This document shows positions 37,560 through 45,932 of a stretch of 64,000 nt of DNA, piece after piece. A model generated the notes under the pieces. It had not been told where the DNA came from, did no database searches, and saw only the letters and a list, made by a program, of their open reading frames with translations. Source of the DNA: Dehalococcoidia bacterium (GTDB taxonomy: Bacteria > Chloroflexota > Dehalococcoidia > Lucifugimonadales > CAJWER01); assembly GCA_963666125.1 (NCBI GenBank), contig OY762633.1, forward strand, positions 2,050,935-2,114,934. The letters run 5' to 3'. The translations under genes and the position numbers were made by a program. The number at the start of each line of letters is the position of its first letter. Within the stretch, counting starts at the first letter, position 1.

Positions 37560-37589
37560 GGCCGGGGCAGACATGCATCTGCCCCGGCC
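37560..37589 (-). terminator. Intercistronic stem-loop (attenuator/mRNA stabiliser) between the binding-protein and permease genes
   Basis: Perfect 12-bp stem GGCCGGGGCAGA / TCTGCCCCGGCC with loop CATGCA. On the minus strand it is followed by GCCCCGGGGCTTTTG. A further 7-bp hairpin GTGGCGG..CCGCCAC lies at 37510-37527. Confidence 0.5.
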
Positions 37590-37616
37590 AGGCCCGCTAG
37601 AGGGCGGAAGGATTGC

Positions 37617-39803
37617 TTACTGGCCTTCGTCTATCCAGTAGGTCTCGGGGCGCGGGCCCTGGTTGTGGAGGCCCGTGCCGTTCACGGTGTTCTCGGGCAC
37701 GCCCATGAAGTTCTTCTTCTTCACGAAGGTTCCCTTCATCAGCGGCGTGGACCCGACGGTCGAGAGGGTTATGACCTCGTTGGCGTGGATCCTGTAGACC
37801 TCTTTGCCGAGCTCGATCCGCTCGGGCGAGCCTATCGGATGGGTCTTGCCCTGGTCGTAGAGCTCGATCAGCCTCTGGAGCGGGAACTCGCCCTCGGGGT
37901 TGGCGTACTTCGGGTCGGTGGGCGGCTCGCCCGACTCGCCGCCGGTGTCGTACCAGCGGCCGACCTCTACGCCAGACCTGAAGGCCTGGTGCCACGGAAT
38001 CGTCCAGTACGGGTAGACCCACGGGCTCTGGCCGCCGCCGGTCTCCCACACGAACATGTACTCTTCGTTGTTCTGGATGTTCCGCGCCGCGTCACGGGTC
38101 TCCGTGTTCGTCCCCGTGATGCCGATGTCCTTCCACTGGCGCAGGGCCATCTCGGCAACAGGCCCATAGTCCACAGCGTACGCGCCCAGCGTCACCGTGT
38201 GCAGGAGGAGGGGCTCGCCGTTGTCGGGCCGCAGCCGGATACCGTCTGCGCCCTTCTCCTTGATCCCCTTGCCGTCCGGGTCGACGTCCTTGGAGAGCGT
38301 GATGCCGTCCAGCAGCTCGTTGGCCATTGCCACGTCGCGCTCGGCGTTCAGCTGGAGATACTCGTCACCCGGGTAGTAGGTGGTCCCGGGCTCGGGGACG
38401 TAGGCGCGGGTCTGGCCCATGCCCAAGAAGAAGGTCTCCTTTATCTCGTTCCTGTTGAGGCCGAGCGACAGGGCCTTTCGGAAGTCCCTCGTCCTGAGCA
38501 GCTCGCCGATCAATGGGTCGGCGTTGTAGCTCTGGTTGATGTTGATCGCCGCGTCGCTGGGGCACGGGCACTCCCAGAAGACCATCTCGGTGTCCGCTTG
38601 GGCGGCGTTCGCCCGGTAGAGCGGCACCTTGGCCAGCGTCATGTGGCGGCCCTGGAAGCTCACGTCGCCGTTGGCGGCGCGCAGCGCCACCGTCTCCAGG
38701 TCCTCGACCAGCACCAGGTGGATCTTGTCGATGTAGGGGAGCTGGTTGCCCGCCGTGTCCACCGCGTAGAAGTACGGGTTCCGCTCCTGGATCCACTCCT
38801 CGCCCTCGCTGGGGTCGACCGTCTTCCAGGCGTTCAGCACCGGAAGGTCCGCGTTCTGGTAGTGGTTGACCTTGAGCTTCATCAGCTCGACCCAGTTCTC
38901 CACCCCCGCCTCTGCGATGGCCGCGTCCAGCGTGGCCTGATCGTCTGCGTAGTCCGGGTGGAACTGCTTCAGGTAGTGGCTGGCCGAGTAGAGGCCCCTG
39001 AGCCTGTTCGAGAAGAGGCCGGAGCCGAGACCGCGGTCTACGAGGGCGTAGTTGGGGTCGTCCCACGTGTACTGGACGGTCTTGTCGTCCACCACCTCGA
39101 ACGTGGGAGCGTTCTTGGTGATGGGGCTCTTCCACTGGCTGGAGAGCACCGGCGTGAACTCCTCGTTCAGCTGGAGGGCTTCCCAGGTCCACCTGAAGTC
39201 CTCGGCGTCAAACGTGTCGCCGTCCGAGAACTTGTGGCCCTCGCGCAGGGTGATGGTCAGCGTGCGTCCGCCGTTGGAGAACTCCACGTTCTTGGCGAGC
39301 CTGGGGATCCAGGTCTGGCCGTCGCCGTCCCACGCTATCAGCGCGTCGGCGGAAACGTAGGAGTGGTCGCCCGCCCAGGTGTAGAGGCGGTTCCAGGTCC
39401 CGCCGTACTTGCCGATGGAGACCGGCGGTACTACGAACGGGTCCTTCGGCAGCCGATCCTCGACGGGCGGCAGCTCGCCGGCCGCCACCTTGGCCGCCAG
39501 ATCGGGAGCCTCGTTGAACGTGGTGGGCACGGTCACGGGGACCGTGTACTTGACCATGCCGTTGTCATAGGTGCCGGCGACGGTCGGCTCCGCCATCGTC
39601 TCTTTGGGAGCTTCGGTCTTGGGAGCCGCTGTCGGGGCCGTCTGGGCAGCCGGAGCTGCCGTGGGCGCCTCCTGGGGTGCGGCCCCCGTCGTCTCGGTGG
39701 TCGTATCCTCCTCCTCGGCGCCGCCGCATGCCAGTATGCCCAGCAGCAGCAATGCCAGGATCGGAATGACCAATATTCCCAATCCGGTGCGTCTGTCCTT
39801 CAT
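37617..39803 (-). CDS. ABC transporter substrate-binding lipoprotein, family 5 (peptide/oligosaccharide type)
   Basis: ORF 37617..39998. ATG 39803 follows an AAGGAGG RBS. Signal/lipobox LLLLGILACGG, T/A/P-rich linker, then a long SBP_bac_5-like body. Confidence 0.85.
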   Translation of the reverse strand: MKDRRTGLGILVIPILALLLLGILACGGAEEEDTTTETTGAAPQEAPTAAPAAQTAPTAAPKTEAPKETMAEPTVAGTYDNGMVKYTVPVTVPTTFNEAPDLAAKVAAGELPPVEDRLPKDPFVVPPVSIGKYGGTWNRLYTWAGDHSYVSADALIAWDGDGQTWIPRLAKNVEFSNGGRTLTITLREGHKFSDGDTFDAEDFRWTWEALQLNEEFTPVLSSQWKSPITKNAPTFEVVDDKTVQYTWDDPNYALVDRGLGSGLFSNRLRGLYSASHYLKQFHPDYADDQATLDAAIAEAGVENWVELMKLKVNHYQNADLPVLNAWKTVDPSEGEEWIQERNPYFYAVDTAGNQLPYIDKIHLVLVEDLETVALRAANGDVSFQGRHMTLAKVPLYRANAAQADTEMVFWECPCPSDAAININQSYNADPLIGELLRTRDFRKALSLGLNRNEIKETFFLGMGQTRAYVPEPGTTYYPGDEYLQLNAERDVAMANELLDGITLSKDVDPDGKGIKEKGADGIRLRPDNGEPLLLHTVTLGAYAVDYGPVAEMALRQWKDIGITGTNTETRDAARNIQNNEEYMFVWETGGGQSPWVYPYWTIPWHQAFRSGVEVGRWYDTGGESGEPPTDPKYANPEGEFPLQRLIELYDQGKTHPIGSPERIELGKEVYRIHANEVITLSTVGSTPLMKGTFVKKKNFMGVPENTVNGTGLHNQGPRPETYWIDEGQ

Positions 39804-40000
39804 TCGACTACCTCCTTGCGCGCATCTTCTGCGATCCGGCACAGTGGAACAGGCCCCCACCAGATACACGTGCCTGGATTCAGTTTGCCGCGTGTGGAAG
39901 ATGGTACTCAGTCGCACGGAATTGTCAAGTCCACCAGCGCCCGGAATCTGCACCCAGGTTGTCGCTTGCGGGTTGGATGGCCGGGGTATAGTCTTCACCC

Positions 40001-41230
40001 ATGAGCAAGGAGCCGGAGGCCAGGGGACTGCGCCGGACCTTCGCCGCCCTCCGCAACCGCAACTTCCGCTACCTCTGGACCGGCACCATGTTCATGTGGT
40101 GCGCCGGCCAGTTCCAGTCCCTAGGCCAGGGCTATCTCGCATACGACCTCACCGGCTCGGCAGGACTGCTGGGCGTGATAAGCATCGGGTACGGTGTGCC
40201 CATGGTTGCCCTGGCCCTGTTCGGCGGGGCGATTGCCGACCGGATGCAGCGCAAGCGGCTGATCCAGCTATTTCAGGGCGCGGAGGCCCTGATCGCCCTC
40301 GCCCTGGCGGTATCGGTCATCACGGAGACGGTGACCTGGTACCACATCCTCGTCGCCTCGACCATCCACGGCACGCTGTTCGCATTCATGCTGCCCGCGC
40401 GGCAGGCCATAATCCCCGAGCTGGTCGACCGCTCGGAGATCACCAACGCCATCGGGCTGAACTCGGCGGGGCAGAGCACGATCATGCTCACCGCCCCCGC
40501 CGTATCCGGGGCACTCTACGAGTTGTTCGGGCCCGCGGCGGTCTTCCTGGGCATGTTCGTGCTGCAGACGGCCGCGGTCATCCTCACCGGCATGGTGCCG
40601 TCCACCCGCCGCGCCCCCTCGCGCCCCGGCAGGGCGGTGCTGATGGACGTGAGGGAGGGCCTCGTCGTCATAGGCCGGAACAGGGTCGTCATGGTGCTGC
40701 TGTCCATGGCGCTCGTCTCCACGCTGGTCATGCTGCCGTTCACCCAGTTACTGCCGGTCTTCGTCGTCGAGATATACAACAGGGAGGCGGGCTCCCTCGG
40801 CCTGATGTCGGCCATCATGGGAATCGGCTCCCTGCCCGGCTCCCTGTTCGTGGCGCACGTCGGCAGCCGGCGACGAGGAGTCATGCTCCTGGGCACCAGC
40901 CTGATGTCGGGAGTGACTTTGCTCCTGATGTCGGCGTTCCCGTACTATGCAGCGGGCGCGGCTATAATGCTGTTCATGGGCCTGGGCGCCTCGCCGCAGA
41001 GGGCACTCAAGGAGTCGCTGGCCATGGACGCCGTCGACGACAGGTACCGGGGCAGGGTGATGAGCGTGCTGATGCTGAGCATCGGGCTGGTGCCCCTCGG
41101 CGTCCTGCCGCTGGGACTCGCGGCGGACAACCTGGGCGCGAGGGCGACCCTCGTCATCATGGGCGGCATTATCACGGCCATGACCCTGGTAGTGCTGATG
41201 ACGCAGCGAGCGCTCCGCGAGGCCCAGTAG
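40001..41230 (+). CDS. MFS transporter
   Basis: 409 aa. FRYLWTGTMFMWCAGQ, GGAIADRMQRKR (MFS loop motif) and about 12 TMs. Confidence 0.85.
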   Translation: MSKEPEARGLRRTFAALRNRNFRYLWTGTMFMWCAGQFQSLGQGYLAYDLTGSAGLLGVISIGYGVPMVALALFGGAIADRMQRKRLIQLFQGAEALIALALAVSVITETVTWYHILVASTIHGTLFAFMLPARQAIIPELVDRSEITNAIGLNSAGQSTIMLTAPAVSGALYELFGPAAVFLGMFVLQTAAVILTGMVPSTRRAPSRPGRAVLMDVREGLVVIGRNRVVMVLLSMALVSTLVMLPFTQLLPVFVVEIYNREAGSLGLMSAIMGIGSLPGSLFVAHVGSRRRGVMLLGTSLMSGVTLLLMSAFPYYAAGAAIMLFMGLGASPQRALKESLAMDAVDDRYRGRVMSVLMLSIGLVPLGVLPLGLAADNLGARATLVIMGGIITAMTLVVLMTQRALREAQ

Positions 41231-41259
41231 CAGAAACACCAGTTTGGAGGACAGGCAAG

Positions 41260-42072
41260 ATGGGAGAGCTAGAAGGCAGGGTGGCGATAGTGACGGGCGC
41301 GGGCAGGAGGCGGGGAATCGGGTATTCGACAGCGATAGAGCTGGCGAAGCTAGGCGCGGACGTGGTGGTGACCGGCACGGGGCGGGACCCCGCGACATTC
41401 CCCGACGACGAGAAGGCGATGGGCTGGCGTGACGTGGAGAGCACGGCGGACGATATCCGGGCCCTGGGCCGCAGGGCCCTTCCCCTGGTCGTCGACGTCA
41501 CCGACGTGGAGCAGACGGAGGATATGGTCGCTCGCGCCGTCAGCGATCTGGGCAGCGCCGACATACTCATCAACAACGCCGCGATGCCCATCGGCGCAGA
41601 CCGCGCGCCCATCGTGGACGTGGAGCCGGAGCTGTTCCAGAAGGTCGTCGACGTGAAGGTGCGGGGCATGTACCTCTGCAGCCGCCCGTTCGTGCGGCAG
41701 GTGCTGAAGCAGGGGCGCGGCGGCAAGATAGTCAGCGTCTCCTCCTCCGCGGGCAAGCGCGGTTCCGCGACCGCGACCGCATACAATGCGGCCAACTTCG
41801 CCGTAGTGGGGATGACCCAGTCGCTGGCCCGGGAGCTTGGGCCCCACGGCGTGAACGTCAACGCGGTCTGCCCCGCCGCCGTCGATACGGCCAGGATGGA
41901 TGTCTTCGGCAGGGGCGAGGAGTGGCAGGAGAGGGCGGCGGCCCATCCCATCGGCCGGGCCGGCACGCCGGACGAGGTCGGCGCCTTCATGGCCTACCTG
42001 TGCACCGAGGCCGCGTCCTGGATACACGGCCAGTCCATCAACATAGACGGCGGCATGGTGATGGAGCACTAG
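41260..42072 (+). CDS. Short-chain dehydrogenase/reductase (SDR) with atypical YxxxN active-site motif
   Basis: ATG 41260 within ORF 39571..42072. Has VTGAGRRRGIGY and NNAA, but AYNAANFAVVG where SDRs normally have YxxxK. Confidence 0.85.
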   Translation: MGELEGRVAIVTGAGRRRGIGYSTAIELAKLGADVVVTGTGRDPATFPDDEKAMGWRDVESTADDIRALGRRALPLVVDVTDVEQTEDMVARAVSDLGSADILINNAAMPIGADRAPIVDVEPELFQKVVDVKVRGMYLCSRPFVRQVLKQGRGGKIVSVSSSAGKRGSATATAYNAANFAVVGMTQSLARELGPHGVNVNAVCPAAVDTARMDVFGRGEEWQERAAAHPIGRAGTPDEVGAFMAYLCTEAASWIHGQSINIDGGMVMEH

Positions 42073-42092
42073 CCAGCCGGATCAGCGACGCC

Positions 42093-42905
42093 GTGAAGTA
42101 CGATTCGCCCGCAAACCTGATCGAGCTGCTCGGCGGTGTCGTCGAGGCGGCAGGGAGGACGCGCTTCTACGGGGACCGTCTTGATGACGTTCACGGCATA
42201 GCGGGGCTGGACGATTTCCGGGAGCTTCCCGTCACGCCCATCGGACTGCTGAGGCGCCAGCGGCTCGGCGACACCCTGGCGGATCCCCGGGCCCTGCAGT
42301 GGATAGTCGGCTCGTACAGGGGCCGCGCCCAGCCGTCCGTGGCGGTCGCGGAGAGCGTGACGGAGACCGCCGCACGCTACGACGTCTTCCGCGACGCGCT
42401 CAGGGACGCCTGGGACCTGGCCGCCGTACGCACCGCCGTCGTCGTGACGAGCCACGAACGCCGCCACTTCGCCGCCGAGGTCAGCACGATACTGGGATAC
42501 ATGGGCATACCTGCGCACGTACTTGTAGACAGGGACGACGAGAGGCTCTACCGGGCGATTCGCCTGCTGGGCCCCGATCTCCTTGTCGTGCTGACGGACG
42601 GGTTCGACGAGGAGAAAGTGACCGGCCGCGCGGGGCACGCGGTCACCTTCAGGCGCTCCGATATGCTGGCAAAGCTGCGCCAGGTGGACGTTTACATGGT
42701 CGACGAGCTTGGCTTCCTAGGCCACTCCGGGGATATGGAGCGCTGGACGCTCTATAATGACCAGTACCTGTACGAGCGCTCGGAGTCCGGCAGGCTGGTG
42801 GTCACGGCGCTCCACAACAGGACACAGCCGATGCTGCGAATCGAGACCGAAGATACGGTGGAGAGCCTTGGGCGATACCACATGAAGCTCGGCGCGCTCG
42901 GCTGA
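42093..42905 (+). CDS. PaaK/coenzyme-F390-synthetase-like protein, P-loop degenerate and C-terminally short
   Basis: GTG 42093 is the first plausible start after the SDR stop (ORF 41922..42905). N-domain-like FYGDRL..LDDFRELPVTP and VVTALHNRTQPMLRIETED. AVAESVTETAARY occupies the place of SSGTTG. Confidence 0.6.
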   Translation: MKYDSPANLIELLGGVVEAAGRTRFYGDRLDDVHGIAGLDDFRELPVTPIGLLRRQRLGDTLADPRALQWIVGSYRGRAQPSVAVAESVTETAARYDVFRDALRDAWDLAAVRTAVVVTSHERRHFAAEVSTILGYMGIPAHVLVDRDDERLYRAIRLLGPDLLVVLTDGFDEEKVTGRAGHAVTFRRSDMLAKLRQVDVYMVDELGFLGHSGDMERWTLYNDQYLYERSESGRLVVTALHNRTQPMLRIETEDTVESLGRYHMKLGALG

Positions 42906-42918
42906 CGGGGTAGTTGCG

Positions 42919-43992
42919 ATGTTCTACTCGCTGTCTCGCTTGATCAGGCAGGTACGGCGCCGCAAGGAGCTGGGAATCACCCTGCTCCTGGTGCTGATCG
43001 TGGTCGCCATAGGCGGCAATACCCTCTCCTTCTACCTGTTCGAGAGCGAAGCCAACCCGGACATCACCATCTGGGACAGCATCTGGTACAGCGTCATATC
43101 CGTCACGACCATAGGCTACGGCGACTTCTCCGCGGAGTCGCTGGGGGCGAGGATCGGAACAGCCATCTTCATAGTGCTGATCGGCCTGGCAACGTTTACC
43201 ACCGCATTGGGGATGGCCGTCGACTGGGTGGCCGACCTCCGGCACAAGGAGCGAAAGGGCATGGGCAGTGTTAACGCAAGGGACCATCTGGTAATGGTGA
43301 ACTTCCCAAACGAGGGGCGGGTCCAGCAGATCATCCGGGAGTACAGGCGAGACCCTGACCACAGGAGTATCGACATCGTACTCGTCGACAACGATGTCGA
43401 TGAGCTGCCCTTCGACCTGCCGGACGTCTCGTTCGTACGAGGATGGCCCCTCGACGAGGATACGTATAAGCGCGCGAACTTGGAGCACGCCCGGCAGGTC
43501 ATGGTTCTCAGCCCGAGTCACGAGGACCCCAGGAGCGACAGCCTGGTCGCATCTATAGCCTTCGTGGTCCACCAGGTGAACCCCGACGTGAGGGTAATCG
43601 CGGAGTGTCTCGACTCCCGCCACGCGGTCCTGTTCGACTCGTCGGCCAACCTGAGCCTGGTACACGGGCTTGAGGTCGTCAACAACCTGTTCGTCCAGGA
43701 GTCGCAGGACTCCGGCGCACTTAGGCTAACTCAGGCGATTACCAGTAACGAGATCGAGAGGAACCTGGCCAGCACCGTCGTCCAATCGACGCCCCCGCGA
43801 ACCACGTATACGAACGCCGCAAAGGTGCTGCTCGACCACGGCGTGAACCTCGTGGGCGTGATCCGGGACGACTCGGTCCACATGGACTTCGACGACATAG
43901 AGGTCTTGCGGGGCGACCTGCTCGTATACATCGGCAAGTCCCGCCTGAAGCCCGAGGAGATGGACGCGCTGCTCCGGCAGGACGACCGGTGA
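42919..43992 (+). CDS. Two-TM potassium channel with cytoplasmic RCK/TrkA-like domains (MthK-type)
   Basis: 357 aa. TM1, then a pore helix with selectivity filter SVTTIGYGD, then TM2 (IGTAIFIVLIGLATF), then RCK-like N and C lobes. Confidence 0.88.
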   Translation: MFYSLSRLIRQVRRRKELGITLLLVLIVVAIGGNTLSFYLFESEANPDITIWDSIWYSVISVTTIGYGDFSAESLGARIGTAIFIVLIGLATFTTALGMAVDWVADLRHKERKGMGSVNARDHLVMVNFPNEGRVQQIIREYRRDPDHRSIDIVLVDNDVDELPFDLPDVSFVRGWPLDEDTYKRANLEHARQVMVLSPSHEDPRSDSLVASIAFVVHQVNPDVRVIAECLDSRHAVLFDSSANLSLVHGLEVVNNLFVQESQDSGALRLTQAITSNEIERNLASTVVQSTPPRTTYTNAAKVLLDHGVNLVGVIRDDSVHMDFDDIEVLRGDLLVYIGKSRLKPEEMDALLRQDDR

Positions 43993-45242
43993 CGCTCACC
44001 GAGCCATATGCCGCTCCGGTGGGGGCGCCGCCCGGGGCGCCGCTGCGCCGGCAGATGCTCTACGCTCACGACGCGCTGGGGTCGTACAGGGAGACGTTCC
44101 GCCGGTGCGGGGTGGCCCGGCGCGACATCGTCGCGGACGACCCCGTGGGCCTGCTCCGGCGTCTGCCTCCCCTAGAGGGGGAGCGATTCCGGGACCTGGT
44201 CGACGAGACCGTTCGAGTCGCCGGCGACGTGGTGGACATCGAGGTGTCGTCCGGCACTACGGGCCCGCCCAAGAGGCGGGTCATGACCAGGCGGGATGCC
44301 GAGTTGGAGGTCGAGGTGCTGGCCCGGCTCCTGGCCGTGTGCGGCATAGGGCCGGGAGATTCGGCAGTCTGCCTGGACACGGGGCCGCTTACCCTCATGG
44401 TCTCCTTCACCGAGGCCCTGGACCGGCTCGGGGTCGACGAGTCCTGCGCCCTCAGCGCGCACCTGGACGACGAGGCCACGGTCGAGGGGCTGCTGGCGCT
44501 CGACCCCAGTGTTGTCATCACCATACCGTCCATACTCGACCGTGTCATGGAGTCCCTCTCCGCCGGGCTGCGCCGCAGGCCCCGGCGCCTGCGCAAGATC
44601 GTCTACGTGGGCGAGAAGATGCGCGAGGCGACGCGAAGCTCCCTGGAATCGGAGCTCGGGCTGGAGGTGTTCGCCTACTATGGCGCGTCGGAGACGTCGG
44701 CCCTGGGCATCGAGTGCGGGGCCCACGAGGGGATACACGTCTTCACGGACTGGAACGTCGTCGAGATCGCCGGGAGCGGCACACGGGGAGAAGCGCTGAT
44801 CACGACCCTCGACCGCGAGGGGCTGCCGCTGCTCAGGTACGCACTGGGTGACGTGCTCCAAGTTCGGGAGGGCCTGTGTCCCTGCGGGCTTGACTATCCC
44901 AGGGTGGACGTGCTGGGGCGCACCGACGGCATCGTTTCCGTCCTCGGTGTAAAGCTGACGTACGACACCGTCCACCGGGCCGCCCTATGGCCGGTCGAGT
45001 ACGGCGGGCCTATTGGGGTGGAGCTGAGCGGCAATGGCCGCGACAGGATGAGCGTTGCGCTGCCGGACTCCCTTGTGGCGCACGAGCCGGCTATCGTGCG
45101 CGCCATGAGAACCAGGGAGCCGGACCTCGCGTACCTGTTGTCGAGCGGGTTCCTAGAGATGGACATATCTTTCGTCGACGGGAAGCGTCTGGATGGCCGC
45201 AAGACCCCCCGCATAGTGGACCGACGCTACACCCATGCGTAA
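43989..45242 (+). CDS. PaaK/coenzyme-F390-synthetase-like adenylate-forming enzyme
   Basis: 417 aa, GTG start in a GTGA overlap with the channel stop. SSGTTGPPK P-loop, YYGASETS, ALITTLDREGLPLLRYALGD and CPCG. Confidence 0.8.
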   Translation: MTLTEPYAAPVGAPPGAPLRRQMLYAHDALGSYRETFRRCGVARRDIVADDPVGLLRRLPPLEGERFRDLVDETVRVAGDVVDIEVSSGTTGPPKRRVMTRRDAELEVEVLARLLAVCGIGPGDSAVCLDTGPLTLMVSFTEALDRLGVDESCALSAHLDDEATVEGLLALDPSVVITIPSILDRVMESLSAGLRRRPRRLRKIVYVGEKMREATRSSLESELGLEVFAYYGASETSALGIECGAHEGIHVFTDWNVVEIAGSGTRGEALITTLDREGLPLLRYALGDVLQVREGLCPCGLDYPRVDVLGRTDGIVSVLGVKLTYDTVHRAALWPVEYGGPIGVELSGNGRDRMSVALPDSLVAHEPAIVRAMRTREPDLAYLLSSGFLEMDISFVDGKRLDGRKTPRIVDRRYTHA

Positions 45243-45909
45243 GCCCAGTCTGCCCGGAGGCGTAGAGGTGGCGCCGGTGGACCCTGGCGAGACGGCCCGC
45301 GTTCTCGAAGTACACTCGCTCCTCGTCTCTTCGTTCCCGCCGGGAATGGTGGAAGACCGGCCGTCCTTCCTCCAGTCCGTTTCGCGTACCGCAGAGCCGG
45401 GCGCGATCCCAACTGTGGTGACGGCCTCCAATCGCGGCGCCGTCATCGGCGCGGTCGTGGGGGCGTACATGCCCCGGGCCAGGTCGGCTATGGTCCTCTA
45501 TGCCGCGGTGGCGGAGTGGGCGAGGGGCCGGGGCATCTATGGCGAAATGCGCTCCCGCCTCGTGGAAGCCCTCATTGCCGAGGCACGCCGCGCCGGGGCG
45601 CCGGGTGTAGACTACATAGTGTCGGAGGTCGAGCAGGACGGCCCGCTGTACCGCAGGTACGTCTCGGAGTGGCGCGCGTATACTGCGCCGTGCGACTATT
45701 GGCAGCCGGAGACCCAGGGCCTGGCGGCCCGACCGATGAAGCTGGTCCTCCAGCCCATGCTGGCCAACCGACCGCCGACTACACTCGAGATCGCGGCCCT
45801 CATCCGGGAGATACATCGGGCCGTCTACAGGCTGCCGAATCCCGAGGAGGACCTCAGCTACCGGCGCGTTATACTATCACTCAACAGTGGGGGCGAACGC
45901 GTGGCCTGA
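45235..45909 (+). CDS. GNAT-family N-acyltransferase
   Basis: 224 aa, with an 8-nt overlap (ATGCGTAA) onto the ligase gene. GNAT core VIGAVVGAYM...LYAAVAEWARGRGIYGEMRSRLVEAL (acetyl-CoA loop R-G-R-G). Confidence 0.65.
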   Translation: MRKPSLPGGVEVAPVDPGETARVLEVHSLLVSSFPPGMVEDRPSFLQSVSRTAEPGAIPTVVTASNRGAVIGAVVGAYMPRARSAMVLYAAVAEWARGRGIYGEMRSRLVEALIAEARRAGAPGVDYIVSEVEQDGPLYRRYVSEWRAYTAPCDYWQPETQGLAARPMKLVLQPMLANRPPTTLEIAALIREIHRAVYRLPNPEEDLSYRRVILSLNSGGERVA

Positions 45910-45932
45910 AACCGTCCCCCAAAGGTGACGTA

